The notes beneath the pieces are model-generated. The model searched no databases. It was not told the DNA's origin and saw only the letters and a program-made list of their open reading frames with translations. 64,000 nt of DNA from an uncultured virus (IMG/VR IMGVR_UViG_3300002835_000128) (Duplodnaviria; Heunggongvirae; Uroviricota; Caudoviricetes), in IMG/VR virus record IMGVR_UViG_3300002835_000128; one strand, given 5' to 3'. Shown one piece after another: positions 29,667 through 39,684 of the stretch (its first letter is position 1; each line of letters starts with the position of its first letter). Both the position numbers and the translations under genes were made by a program.

Positions 29667-31711
29667 TAAACTTTAACTAATTCCGTTGTAATTGATGAAG
29701 AGTCTGTTTCATCAATAGTTATAATTGTATTTTTAACAGACTCAACAATCCCTCTTTCAGATTCTATGTCAAGTCTTATGTAGCCATCCGTAGAAGAAAC
29801 CGAAAGTATTTTTATATCCGATATATTTAAGATGCCATTATCATAGTCTATTGTTCCAACGTTTTCATTAACAATTTGTTTCTCTGCATTACTATCGTAA
29901 TATATTGTAGAGAGTTGACCAGTTCTAGCATCAATAACAGCAATAGCAGAAGCACCTGATCCATTTCCACCAGTTATTGTTACAATAGCTCTTGTATAGT
30001 TTATTCCTCTTTTTGTGACATTTATTTTTTCTATTTTTCCATTAACAATTACAGCTTCAGCCGTAGCACCAGTTCCATCTCCAGTTATGGTCACTGTAGG
30101 ACTCTGTGTATATCCAGAACCAGAATTAGTTACACTTATAGAAGAAATACCGGAGTATGCTTGAGAAACTTCTTCGAAAATAACTGTTCTTTCAACACCA
30201 TCTGAATCCAATACATTGAATGTTGAAGAGGTCAATCTATTACTAATTGTTCCTCTATGTAAAGGAGAATTAAAAGCTATTATATAACTTTTGTTCGTAT
30301 TCAGTGAAGGTAAAAATCTTTTCTGTAATCTTACAGTTACCTCTGAACCTATGATCGAATTTAAACTTGTACCATCAACATCATCTTGCATCTTTGAAAG
30401 AACAAATGTTGCTCCAAACTTATTTAAATTAATATCTCTATAATTAATGATGGCATTTCTGATAGAAGTTTTTAAGGCATCTTCAGATAAAACAGTTTTT
30501 CTAGAATCATACTTTACATAAGAGTTTACTAGAAGATACAGATATTCCGGGTCAACAATTTCCGATTGAACGGCAACAATTGACTTTGGCGTGATTATGT
30601 CATCAATGATTCTTTGCTTTTCTGCTTCTGAAATATAATAGTTAGATTTCGGTTTAATCGAAATGTAAACTTTACCATAAACTGGTGGAGTTTCATCTTC
30701 TCCACCCCAAACAGAAATAGAATCTAAAGATGGATAATTTTGGCTTATATAAGTTTCATAGTCTTTAAAAGTTACCAATCTATTTTGTGTAGCAAACTGA
30801 GAAGTCGCTGAAGATTTAATAGAATCAACGCTTTCTCTATCTGAGCCTCCAGCTGCAGCACTTACAACATTTACTGTAAAGTCGGTCAATCCAGATAACG
30901 ATGTACTAGCAACAAATCCTGCAACTCCATTTGGATCGGCGCCACTAGAAATAAGATATGACATTGTGATTACCGATCCATCTCCCAATTTTTTGCCTAC
31001 AACACCATCTCCAAAGTAGATTTGAAATTTACCATTTCTGGCTTCTTGTAAAAAATAAACTTCGGAACTAGAACTAATATCTAAGATATCAGTAACCTTA
31101 TTATATGTCGATATTTCAGTATTTGAAGTAGATGGTCTAACAGTTACCTTTAATGTTGTTGTGTCAATGTTAGCATCAGGTAAAGTAAACACCTGCTTTG
31201 GATTTGAGGCATTATCTTGTACAAATTGTATAGAATTATACTGGCCCTCAAATAAATTTAAGTTTTCAAAATAGTAGCTAGTATTAGATTTCGTAACAGT
31301 TACATCATCTAAAACTATAAAGTTATAAGTGGTGTTATTGAGTGTTTCGGATAAAAATGTAAATCCTCTAGGAATGGTCAATGTTCCCGATGAAGTAGAA
31401 GTGGTGCCTACAGTTACATTACATATAGCTCTAGCTGATCTTGTCGAAAAGGGAGTATAACCTAAAGTTTTAGCATGAGAAACCACCGATTCTCTGAGAA
31501 TAGCAGTATCTAAAAACGATTCATTTGCCACCATATTTAAATAGTAGGCATTGTAATGTGTATTATAAGCTAAAACATCCAATAAAACACTTAAACCAGA
31601 TCCATCAAAATCGTAATCTGTGAATTCGGATTGTTGTTTTAAATAGTCTTTTAAGTTTTGTTTAATTGAGTCGAAGTCTAGTTCAGACAACACTAATCGG
31701 TTTGTCGCCAT
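29666..31711 (-). CDS. gp6: Baseplate wedge subunit gp6
   Basis: LDFDSIK...FTDYDFDGSGLSVLLDVLAYNTHY; QNRLVT..DY; VWGGED. Confidence 0.9.
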   Translation of the reverse strand: MATNRLVLSELDFDSIKQNLKDYLKQQSEFTDYDFDGSGLSVLLDVLAYNTHYNAYYLNMVANESFLDTAILRESVVSHAKTLGYTPFSTRSARAICNVTVGTTSTSSGTLTIPRGFTFLSETLNNTTYNFIVLDDVTVTKSNTSYYFENLNLFEGQYNSIQFVQDNASNPKQVFTLPDANIDTTTLKVTVRPSTSNTEISTYNKVTDILDISSSSEVYFLQEARNGKFQIYFGDGVVGKKLGDGSVITMSYLISSGADPNGVAGFVASTSLSGLTDFTVNVVSAAAGGSDRESVDSIKSSATSQFATQNRLVTFKDYETYISQNYPSLDSISVWGGEDETPPVYGKVYISIKPKSNYYISEAEKQRIIDDIITPKSIVAVQSEIVDPEYLYLLVNSYVKYDSRKTVLSEDALKTSIRNAIINYRDINLNKFGATFVLSKMQDDVDGTSLNSIIGSEVTVRLQKRFLPSLNTNKSYIIAFNSPLHRGTISNRLTSSTFNVLDSDGVERTVIFEEVSQAYSGISSISVTNSGSGYTQSPTVTITGDGTGATAEAVIVNGKIEKINVTKRGINYTRAIVTITGGNGSGASAIAVIDARTGQLSTIYYDSNAEKQIVNENVGTIDYDNGILNISDIKILSVSSTDGYIRLDIESERGIVESVKNTIITIDETDSSSITTELVKV

Positions 31712-32121
31712 TATCTTACCCGTTCAAGGAAAAAATTTATTGATATTGGTTCTGTTCTGTTCACAATAAAAAATTCCAATTCTACTTTGTATCCATTGTT
31801 ATCGTAATCTGGAATTAAAGTGGTAGTTTTTATTCTTGCTCTTGGTTCGTAACTTCCAATAACAGATTCTATTTCTCTTTCTATGCTTGCGGAAGTAACT
31901 GTATCGAGAGGTTCAAATAGTAGTCTTTGAATATTACTTCCAATATCTGGCTGAAAAGGCCTCTCATAATGATTTGTAGAAATTAAATTTTTAACAGAAT
32001 TAATTACAGCATATTCTCCAATATGCTTATTCACATCCTTTTTGACAGGATGAATATTAAAAAATAAGTCCAGGTCTTTATAAGTTCTGGATATGTTACT
32101 ATTTACAGTTGTAGTTGCCAT
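31711..32121 (-). CDS. gp25: Baseplate wedge subunit gp25
   Basis: YKDLDL.F..HP...SVKNLI.T..YERPFQP..GS...YEPR. Confidence 0.9.
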   Translation of the reverse strand: MATTTVNSNISRTYKDLDLFFNIHPVKKDVNKHIGEYAVINSVKNLISTNHYERPFQPDIGSNIQRLLFEPLDTVTSASIEREIESVIGSYEPRARIKTTTLIPDYDNNGYKVELEFFIVNRTEPISINFFLERVR

Positions 32122-32132
32122 GTATTATTTAT

Positions 32133-32444
32133 TCAACCTCCGACAAAGACGTTGGGGGAACCTTGCGTAATTATATTTGGTCCATACTCATCACCAATTC
32201 TTCCCATTCCTTTTCCACCTATACTCACAGAACTGGAAAATGATGATAATGTTGAGGTGTCTGTCGTACATCCACGTTTTGGGTGAGCCGCAATTCTATT
32301 GCCGGCTACAACGATTAATTTTCCGTTAGCATAAACACCCTTGTCGTTTACTTGTCCGACCGAAGTTCTCATGGGAGATTTACATTTTTTGCCGGATCCA
32401 TCTCTCGACATAACGCTATCGCCCGATCTTGAAACTGCTGGCAT
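32133..32444 (-). CDS. PAAR-repeat spike tip protein (gp5.4-like)
   Basis: MPAVSR.GD...RIGD...QGSPNVFVG; Cys/His ligands. Confidence 0.8.
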   Translation of the reverse strand: MPAVSRSGDSVMSRDGSGKKCKSPMRTSVGQVNDKGVYANGKLIVVAGNRIAAHPKRGCTTDTSTLSSFSSSVSIGGKGMGRIGDEYGPNIITQGSPNVFVGG

Positions 32445-33010
32445 TAGTTTTTTCCTTTAGATACTAGTTCTATAATTTTGTTTCTAGCTGGATCATATTG
32501 CCAATAATGCCATTGAAACAAGTCAACATCTGTTTCTTGTTCAGGCTCCGTTCCGCCAGCCGCAGTTCTTATTTTTGTTGGATAAGTTAGTTCTAATTCT
32601 GTCGGTTCTGGCATTACGTACTTGTTTAAACCATAAAAATCTTCTTTTGTATCTGGAGGTAAAACTTTTTCTTCATAATTGGGCATTGTAAATTGAAAAA
32701 ATGTTCCAGGAAAAACATTTGAAGTTGTTCCACTTATTCTAATTGTATCGTTACTTATTTGTTCTGAAGTCAGCCCTATTTTTGGAAAATCATAAAGAAC
32801 CTTTATCGACAAAACATCTAAGTAGACTTTGGTCGAAAGAAGGATATAATACCCTCTAAACGTAAGATCAACAGAAAAGGTATTTCCCTCATAGACAGAG
32901 GGTAAGTATCTTTCTTTTAAATCAAGTTCAAAAATATCTTCTCTATCGTCGTCGGGTATTGTTACAAACCCAACTAAATTCGATTGAGTTACTTCAAAGC
33001 TTACAGCCAT
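32444..33010 (-). CDS. Hypothetical baseplate-region protein between gp5 and PAAR
   Basis: 188 aa ORF coupled to its neighbours. Confidence 0.55.
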   Translation of the reverse strand: MAVSFEVTQSNLVGFVTIPDDDREDIFELDLKERYLPSVYEGNTFSVDLTFRGYYILLSTKVYLDVLSIKVLYDFPKIGLTSEQISNDTIRISGTTSNVFPGTFFQFTMPNYEEKVLPPDTKEDFYGLNKYVMPEPTELELTYPTKIRTAAGGTEPEQETDVDLFQWHYWQYDPARNKIIELVSKGKN

Positions 33011-33011
33011 G

Positions 33012-33863
33012 TTAGTTGAAATCTATACGTGGTGCATTGAACGTCATATTTCCTTCAGAGCTAATATCGCAAGTTCCGCCGATATCAACTTTAAAGTTTC
33101 CTCCAACTTCCATGTTTACATTACCATCGACATAAACGGTAACATCACCCTTGACATATACTTGGTCATTCCCAACAACGACTTCGAATTTATTTCTCTG
33201 TATTCTTTCCGCTCTGTCACCTTCTGGCCCCCACTCAATATAAGAACCCGCTCGATGATACAAATGAATTCTCTCCGCACCTTTCGTATCATCAAATTCT
33301 AATGCATGACCTGACTCAGATTCATACACATTGTTGTAAGGATACTTGGCGTTATAATACGGATCAGGTTCAACCTTACTTTCTTTTTTTGTCTTTTTAG
33401 CTTCAACAATTTCAGATTTATAATCACCATCATTTCGTGCAAGTCTTGACGTTGTTGGTTCATCCAGTTTACGTGGATAATTTGTAGCAGATTCATATGG
33501 TTTTACTGGAGCCGAACCTAGTTGGTCACCTTCTCTTGGATCACTAAATGCTTCCTGTGGATTTGAAGGATTAATTGGTATCGAAGGAAAAACTCCAATA
33601 ATAATTGGTGCTTGAGCGTTTTCGGAATCCATAAAGAAACCAAAAACCATATCACCTTCTTTCGGCGCATAAGTGTTTGTGTTATTTGGAGGAAATATTG
33701 GTTGAGCCCAAGGCAAACTTGCGGTCGGTAGTTGAGCTTTATTTGATGAGTGCCATCCAACAATTCTAACTTTGCAACGACCTAATTTTAAAGGATCATT
33801 TCTATCTTCAACAACTCCTGTCCACCAAACAAAGCCACTTAAACCAGCAACGTCTTTAGTCAT
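33012..33863 (-). CDS. gp5: Baseplate central spike gp5 (OB fold plus beta-helix, no lysozyme domain)
   Basis: WWTGVVEDRNDPLKLGRCKVRIVG; YPYNNVYESESGH..EFDDT.G.ERI. Confidence 0.9.
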   Translation of the reverse strand: MTKDVAGLSGFVWWTGVVEDRNDPLKLGRCKVRIVGWHSSNKAQLPTASLPWAQPIFPPNNTNTYAPKEGDMVFGFFMDSENAQAPIIIGVFPSIPINPSNPQEAFSDPREGDQLGSAPVKPYESATNYPRKLDEPTTSRLARNDGDYKSEIVEAKKTKKESKVEPDPYYNAKYPYNNVYESESGHALEFDDTKGAERIHLYHRAGSYIEWGPEGDRAERIQRNKFEVVVGNDQVYVKGDVTVYVDGNVNMEVGGNFKVDIGGTCDISSEGNMTFNAPRIDFN

Positions 33864-35221
33864 TATGCTGTTACCTCTCCATAATTCAGTGCAGCATCTC
33901 TAAATTCAGAATTATCCGCTGATGTGTAAGATTTAGCATTAGAGTTTTTACAAACTTCAATAAGAGTTTCATGCCTATCATAACGAATGATGTGTCTTGT
34001 TCCAACTACCAAGTATTTTCCATAAAGTGTTCGATCAAAATTATCTCCGCCTTCACAGAAACCTCCATCGTCATGAATAGCCCTAGATGGAACTTTTAAA
34101 AATAAATTGAAACCGGAACTAACAGCAAAGTTTCCTGGTAAAGTTATTCTCACTCTTTGTTGCAGAAGGTTTGCAAATATTGTTTTTCTTTGGAAGATAT
34201 AGTTATGTGTATCATCTAAAGAATTGATAGATTTTGGATCTTTTGCTTTTATGTACGAACTAAGTCTCTGTGATTCATTAAAGTACCATATTGATTTTCT
34301 TGAATCATAGGCTTCGAAGTTATCTTTATTATCTCTATTTTTAAAATACAGCAGATTTGGTGTTTCGTTACCAGTTTTAACTTTGCCTTGAGTATCTAAG
34401 AAAGAAAGGTTTCTCGTTTCTATTTTATTGGTAATGGGATCAAACCCAAGAAATTGTCCAGCGGCCACACCAGACTTGGTAAAATCTATCAAGTCATACG
34501 AGCTTATAACTCTTATGTCTCTGGCGCCAGTAAGTTCGTTTGCCGTAGAATCTTCGATGTTTTTAGGATCAAAGTTAACCTGAAAGATTTCTGGCCAAAC
34601 TAAAAGAGATGATAATGAAACAAAGTTGTATCCGTTTCTATTCTGAAAAAACAAAAAGTCTGGAATCATATTTTCATTAACCGATCTTTTTGCCATCCAC
34701 TCTATAGCTTCTATTGGGTGCAAATTAGGTATAACAAAGCTTTTGATTCCTGATGTTTTCGTAAACACACCTTTGATCCAAGAATCTGTCGGCGCTTTAA
34801 GTTTCTCTGTTAGTATTTTAATGGCTATTTCAAAGTAAGTGCCTTCAAAACCGGAATTAATTAATTGTTGTTGTGAGAAGATATATTCATCTGAGACAAA
34901 ATGCAAAAGATACATCTCACTAGTTTGATTTATGTTTTTTCTAGTTGACTGTTTGTATATTCTAAATGATTTTTTTAATCTAAGATCATCAGCATCTTTT
35001 CCGATATCCATGACGATGAATTCACTGCCGTCTAAAAGAAGTTTACTCGACAAACCAATAGCATCGGTAATTAATATATTACCTGACATGCATGGCTGCA
35101 AAATTGAATCAAAGATATTCAACTCATCAAATAAATTTTGTATATCAATCTTTCCGCCTTTTGTGACGATAGCCAATTCATTTATTTGAAACTGTGTTGT
35201 TTGGGATAATGATAAAGACAT
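33863..35221 (-). CDS. Baseplate hub protein (gp27-like)
   Basis: IFDSI..P..SG.I.I.D...; FLFFQNR.G.NF.SL; G.YL....RH; lies between gp53 and gp5. Confidence 0.6.
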   Translation of the reverse strand: MSLSLSQTTQFQINELAIVTKGGKIDIQNLFDELNIFDSILQPCMSGNILITDAIGLSSKLLLDGSEFIVMDIGKDADDLRLKKSFRIYKQSTRKNINQTSEMYLLHFVSDEYIFSQQQLINSGFEGTYFEIAIKILTEKLKAPTDSWIKGVFTKTSGIKSFVIPNLHPIEAIEWMAKRSVNENMIPDFLFFQNRNGYNFVSLSSLLVWPEIFQVNFDPKNIEDSTANELTGARDIRVISSYDLIDFTKSGVAAGQFLGFDPITNKIETRNLSFLDTQGKVKTGNETPNLLYFKNRDNKDNFEAYDSRKSIWYFNESQRLSSYIKAKDPKSINSLDDTHNYIFQRKTIFANLLQQRVRITLPGNFAVSSGFNLFLKVPSRAIHDDGGFCEGGDNFDRTLYGKYLVVGTRHIIRYDRHETLIEVCKNSNAKSYTSADNSEFRDAALNYGEVTA

Positions 35222-35222
35222 T

Positions 35223-35861
35223 TTAGCTTCCTGAACTTAATCGTTTTATTTCTTTGTCTAAAGCGGACACAAATTCAGGCCTTAACAGCTTAATTGTTCT
35301 CTTCTTTTCGTTTTCTTCAATCTCGTAATCATAATATGATTTTGTTTCTTTTGTCAAATCTATTTTAACCAATTTACCATCACTCAATGTTTTTGTTACG
35401 GCACTTGTTGTTGTATTAGCATATGTTGAAGAATCTGTTTCGTATTTTACAATCACAGGATCTTCACCTGTTAAGGTTTTGGTTTCAACAATCAGGTATT
35501 GTTTATAATTAGCTTTTGCCCAATCTGTTCCCGTTTGTACTCCAGTTGCATTAGCCGAATATTTCTCATCAATAAATTTAATCAGTGTTCTTTGATCTAA
35601 TGGCCAATCCCACATAGGATCAATAACATCATTTAACATTAAAATGACCCAATGCTTTTCTGGTGAATCATAAATTTTAGAAGCAATAATTTCTGGAGTA
35701 TCACTATCTTGTATGTCATACTCATAATAAAAAACTGAATTATCTTTAAACTCTTGTTCAAATTTAAATCGTGTCAGTATGTTGGTTACAACATCAAGAC
35801 TTGAGGAATCTAAATGTGAAAAATAATAAGTCTTTGGAAAATATTTAAAATATCTGGCCAA
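35223..35861 (-). CDS. gp53: Baseplate wedge component gp53
   Basis: YF..FP...Y.I.D.DTPEIIA.K.Y....HW.IL..N...DP..DWP; YDYE...NE.KR.I.L. Confidence 0.85.
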   Translation of the reverse strand: MARYFKYFPKTYYFSHLDSSSLDVVTNILTRFKFEQEFKDNSVFYYEYDIQDSDTPEIIASKIYDSPEKHWVILMLNDVIDPMWDWPLDQRTLIKFIDEKYSANATGVQTGTDWAKANYKQYLIVETKTLTGEDPVIVKYETDSSTYANTTTSAVTKTLSDGKLVKIDLTKETKSYYDYEIEENEKKRTIKLLRPEFVSALDKEIKRLSSGS

Positions 35862-35863
35862 AA

Positions 35864-37093
35864 TTAACCTCTCTGTGAACCAAATGTTCTGGTGAACGAA
35901 TCTTTTGTGAGGATTTCAGTCTCTTCAAAGTCTAATGAGAGAGTTATACCGACAGGCATACCGGTTTTACCTAACTCCGGTTTACCATCTAAAGTTTCGT
36001 AAGCTGACCATCCATTTGGTGCATAATTGATGTCGATACCTTTTAATACACAGGTTGATATTCTTGGTATATTTGGATTTTCATATCCGTTGTAATAGAA
36101 CTTTATATCAAACTCAGAAGGAGGAACAAGAAAGAAACCACCAGTATTTGATTTTATTTCTGGTGCTTGATGAAATCTGAGCCTTTCTAAGATATTCTGT
36201 ACTTCTAATGCTTCTCTTTCATCTCTTGGATAAAACACAAAATCGAATCTAAACTGTCTGAATTGTGGAGAAGAGTATATCATTTCCATCATTGGGTTCA
36301 TGGCAAGTCCTGTGCCAGCAGCAAACAAAACATTTCCCAAATCACCCTGTGTTTTAGCTAAAGCAGCGAAAGCAAAAGGTGCCAAATTTTTCGTCATCTC
36401 TTTACTAATTTCTTCTCCACTTTTTCCCGAAGCAGACATGTTTTTATAAGTTTCGGCTGCAGCAGTGCCAGCTGCCAAAGCGCCAGTGAGAGCTCCCGAA
36501 AGAGCTGGTGTAGAATACTGTTGGTTATATTGGAAAACCAAAGTGTCTGGCATATAAAGAGCAATCGTATCGGTTGTTCTACGAATTGTTCTCGTAAATG
36601 AACCGCTTGTAATTCCAGAAATGGCAGATTGTATTGACTCACTGGCACCCTCAGAAGCACCACCAAGTATTGAAGAGAGAGTTGATCCCGCTTGACTTTG
36701 GCCAAAAATGTTTTTTACACTGGAAACTCCATCAGAAACAGCACCACCTATTGATTTTACTGTATCGTTGTCCGAAATTCTTTTCCAAGCATCAGAAGAA
36801 ACCTCTGAAATTGTCTTTATGTTTCCACCTAGATTTGTTGATCCCCTGATAGCACTTTGAGAATTTTTATTGCTGATTACCGTAGGAATATCACTCGTTG
36901 TTTTGCCTTTAAACTGCGTTTCTCTCTGCTCATTAATATGAATAACCATGTAATGACCCTTGTCATAATTTCCAAGGTCTAGAGGATAACGAAATGTGTT
37001 ATAGTTGTATTGGGATCCAACCAGTTTATCGGCGGATCCACCAACTCTTTGTTTGTTATTAATTTTAATGTCGGTAAGAGAGAAAAGAGCCAT
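35864..37093 (-). CDS. gp48: Baseplate tail-tube cap gp48
   Basis: IALYMP...NP..E..Y..P.FR.F.FDF.F.PR...E; CVL..I..NY.P; L.F.E.EILTK. Confidence 0.8.
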   Translation of the reverse strand: MALFSLTDIKINNKQRVGGSADKLVGSQYNYNTFRYPLDLGNYDKGHYMVIHINEQRETQFKGKTTSDIPTVISNKNSQSAIRGSTNLGGNIKTISEVSSDAWKRISDNDTVKSIGGAVSDGVSSVKNIFGQSQAGSTLSSILGGASEGASESIQSAISGITSGSFTRTIRRTTDTIALYMPDTLVFQYNQQYSTPALSGALTGALAAGTAAAETYKNMSASGKSGEEISKEMTKNLAPFAFAALAKTQGDLGNVLFAAGTGLAMNPMMEMIYSSPQFRQFRFDFVFYPRDEREALEVQNILERLRFHQAPEIKSNTGGFFLVPPSEFDIKFYYNGYENPNIPRISTCVLKGIDINYAPNGWSAYETLDGKPELGKTGMPVGITLSLDFEETEILTKDSFTRTFGSQRG

Positions 37094-37112
37094 TTTTTGC
37101 CTTTTATGTTGA

Positions 37113-37127
37113 CTAGATACTATTTAT
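37113..37127. promoter_or_regulatory. Divergent late-promoter region: ATAAATA on minus (37121-37127), possible CTAGATA on plus (37113-37119)
   Basis: T4-type late consensus in the 32-bp gap between divergent gp48 and gp4. Confidence 0.5.
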
Positions 37128-37560
37128 GTCTTATTCAGGAACATTTTCACCCAGAAATCCGTCAAAATATAACGGAAACTCAAATAACATAATCTACAGG
37201 TCCAACTGGGAACTTAGGGTTATGAAATACTTCGATGATAATCCAAATGTAATTTGGTGGGCTTCTGAAGAAATTTCTATACCTTATAAGTCTCCAGTAG
37301 ACAATAGGGTACACAGATATTTTCCAGATTTTATAGCCAAGATAAGAACAAAAGATGGAAAAGAAAAAACTTATATGCTAGAGGTCAAACCAGAGGCTCA
37401 AACTAAAATGCCAAAGCAAAGGAAGCGAACAAAAAGAATGATCCAGGAAGTGGCGACTTATGCCATCAACCAAGAAAAATGGAGAGCCGCTGATCTGTTT
37501 TGTCGAGAGCATGGCTGGGAGTTTATGTTAATCACAGAAAAAGAACTTGGTCTGACATAA
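37126..37560 (+). CDS. gp4: Head completion nuclease gp4 (TnsA-like)
   Basis: P.NP.KY.G....I.YRS.WE...W.SEE..IPY.SP.D...HRYFPDF...EVKP..QT. Confidence 0.9.
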   Translation: MSYSGTFSPRNPSKYNGNSNNIIYRSNWELRVMKYFDDNPNVIWWASEEISIPYKSPVDNRVHRYFPDFIAKIRTKDGKEKTYMLEVKPEAQTKMPKQRKRTKRMIQEVATYAINQEKWRAADLFCREHGWEFMLITEKELGLT

Positions 37561-37568
37561 ATACTGTA

Positions 37569-38147
37569 ATGGCGTATCTTTTAGACAGAATAAATCAATC
37601 ACTAAGAAAAGAAGGGTTGGTCCCAAGAACCAACAAAGCTCGCTCTTGGCTTCAAACAAAAATTAAAAACTTGAAGCCAACTCGGCAAGCATTAATGTCG
37701 GATCGATCTCGTCTTAAAGGAAACACCATAATTGGGAGAATGTACTTTTATTATTATGATCCCAAGACAAAAGATTCGTTGCCATATTACGACAGGTTCC
37801 CTTTGGTTCTACCAATAGAACAATACGCCGATGGTTTTTTAGGGTTGAATTTACATTACATTCACCCAAAGCAACGAATTATTTTGTTAGACAAATTGAG
37901 CGAATTCGCCAATAATAAAAAATATGATGCTTCAACCAGACTTAGGTTATCTTATGATGCATTAAGATCGGCGTCCAAAGTTTTTGAAGCTCAGGCTTGT
38001 TTGAAGAGATATCTGTTCTCCCATGTTCAATCTAGGTTTCTAGAAATAGATGCTGACGAATGGGATATTGCTGCTCTGTTGCCTATGGAGTCCTTTGTTG
38101 GAGCAACGACAAGCCAAGTATATGCCGATTCAAGGAAAAAATTCTAA
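37569..38147 (+). CDS. gp2: DNA end protector gp2
   Basis: G.MYF..YDPK.K..LPYYDRFPLV...GFLGLNLHY; start ATG 37569 follows late promoter ATAAATA 37557-37563. Confidence 0.9.
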   Translation: MAYLLDRINQSLRKEGLVPRTNKARSWLQTKIKNLKPTRQALMSDRSRLKGNTIIGRMYFYYYDPKTKDSLPYYDRFPLVLPIEQYADGFLGLNLHYIHPKQRIILLDKLSEFANNKKYDASTRLRLSYDALRSASKVFEAQACLKRYLFSHVQSRFLEIDADEWDIAALLPMESFVGATTSQVYADSRKKF

Positions 38148-38932
38148 TGTCTTTTTCACCGCAATTATTTTTATCAAACATTAAAGCGAAAGATGGTTTA
38201 GCGAAGAGTAATCGTTTTGAGGTTATCTTGCCTATACCATCTTATATTAATAATTTTGTAGAATCTTCATTACTAGAAAAAATTCTTAATGCTCCTAATT
38301 CACTTTTTACAGATGTTTCGAGTGCCATTGGAAAACTAATAGGTGGAACAGGCAACACACCTCAAGACGAACAATCTAAAACAAGTAACTCCTCGGTCAG
38401 TAGATATTTAGCACTACAATGCGAGAGTGCTGAATTACCAGGCAAAACTTTACAAACAGCTGATGTTAAAATTTATGGCCCAACATTTAAAGTGCCATAT
38501 CAAACACAGTATACAGAGACAACATTAGGCTTCTTATGTACAAACGAATTCTATGAAAGAAAATTGTTTGATCGTTGGATCGAAGCCATTATGCCAACAG
38601 ATACAAACAATTTAAGATTTCCACGTGGTCAAGAAACAAGATACTTGACCAATATAAAAATTATACAGTACGATGAATTTATCAAGCAGATTTATGCTGT
38701 CGAATTGATTGATGCTTTTCCAGTAGGCATAGCATCTCAACCTTTAAGTTGGTCAGAAGAAGGTTTTCACCGTTTGTCGGTGCAGTTCTCTTATCAAAGA
38801 TATCGTGTCATCTATGCCGGTCGTTACGATTTGGCTGCTGCGGCTGGAGCCCTCTTTGGTGTGGCAGGGTCTAGACTATTTGACGGTGTGGTCGGCGGCG
38901 CCACTAATTCTGTATTGAGAGCAATATTCTAA
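38147..38932 (+). CDS. Tail tube initiator gp54-like (gp19 family)
   Basis: GLAKSNRFEV; CESAELPG..L.T; ER..FD.W; L.DAFP......L.W; ATG overlaps the gp2 stop. Confidence 0.75.
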   Translation: MSFSPQLFLSNIKAKDGLAKSNRFEVILPIPSYINNFVESSLLEKILNAPNSLFTDVSSAIGKLIGGTGNTPQDEQSKTSNSSVSRYLALQCESAELPGKTLQTADVKIYGPTFKVPYQTQYTETTLGFLCTNEFYERKLFDRWIEAIMPTDTNNLRFPRGQETRYLTNIKIIQYDEFIKQIYAVELIDAFPVGIASQPLSWSEEGFHRLSVQFSYQRYRVIYAGRYDLAAAAGALFGVAGSRLFDGVVGGATNSVLRAIF

Positions 38933-38949
38933 ATTAAAGTGAGGATACT

Positions 38950-39684
38950 ATGGCATTACCAAAAATTGATTTACCTATTTACGAAACTGAATTAATCTCT
39001 TTAAACAAAAAAGTAAGATTTAGACCTTTTCTAGTTAAAGAACAAAAGCTGTTTTTAATGGCAGCTCAGTCTGATGAGTTTCAAGATACAGTTAAATCTA
39101 TAAAACAAGTTTTAAAAAATTGTGTTTTAGATGAACTAGATGTAGATTCTTTACCTCTTTTTGAACTTGAACATTTGTTTTTACAATTGAGAGCAAGGTC
39201 TGTTGGAGAAGTTGTCAGTCTAAGATACACTTGCAACAATGATGTAAAAGGTGAGGGTGAAAACGAAACAAAAAAATGTGGTGGCGTGGTTAAAATAGAT
39301 ATAAATCTATTGAACATTCATCCCTCAAAAAAAGAAAATCACAACAAGGTAATACAATTAACAGAGAAGTTAGGAGTAACAATGAGGTATCCTAGCTTCT
39401 CAATTTTAGAAAACTTAAAAATAGAATCTGAATCAGATTTAATTAAGCTTGTTGTAGCTTGTATCGATAACATATATGATGAAGATCAAGTTTACTATGC
39501 AAAGGATGCTTCAGAGGAAGAATTGATAGAGTTTGTTGATAACCTTCAACAGGCAGACATACAAAAAATCCAGGAATTTTTCTTAACTATGCCAAAACTG
39601 GAAAAGAGTGTGGATTTTGATTGTCCAAAATGTGGGTATCATGAAGAAATAAATGTGGAAGGAATTCAAAATTTTTTCGTATAA
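38950..39684 (+). CDS. gp26: Baseplate hub assembly protein gp26
   Basis: MALPKI..P.Y...RPFLVKEQK.L.MA; FL.LRARSVGE; FF.TMPKL; C..C...EG...FF. Confidence 0.85.
   Translation: MALPKIDLPIYETELISLNKKVRFRPFLVKEQKLFLMAAQSDEFQDTVKSIKQVLKNCVLDELDVDSLPLFELEHLFLQLRARSVGEVVSLRYTCNNDVKGEGENETKKCGGVVKIDINLLNIHPSKKENHNKVIQLTEKLGVTMRYPSFSILENLKIESESDLIKLVVACIDNIYDEDQVYYAKDASEEELIEFVDNLQQADIQKIQEFFLTMPKLEKSVDFDCPKCGYHEEINVEGIQNFFV

Larger units (their letters stand above)
1665..32132 (-). promoter_or_regulatory. Set of T4-type late promoters (A/C)TAAATA at 1665, 3203, 5913, 16863, 18734, 27126 and 32126
   Basis: Each lies in or at a short intergenic gap upstream of a structural gene; gp33 is encoded in the window. 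Confidence 0.6.

Noticed and set aside
37500..38146. Extended N-termini of gp2 (37500) and gp54-like (38060) in the ORF track
   Set aside because: They overlap upstream genes; conserved sequence and promoter or coupling signals support ATG 37569 and 38147
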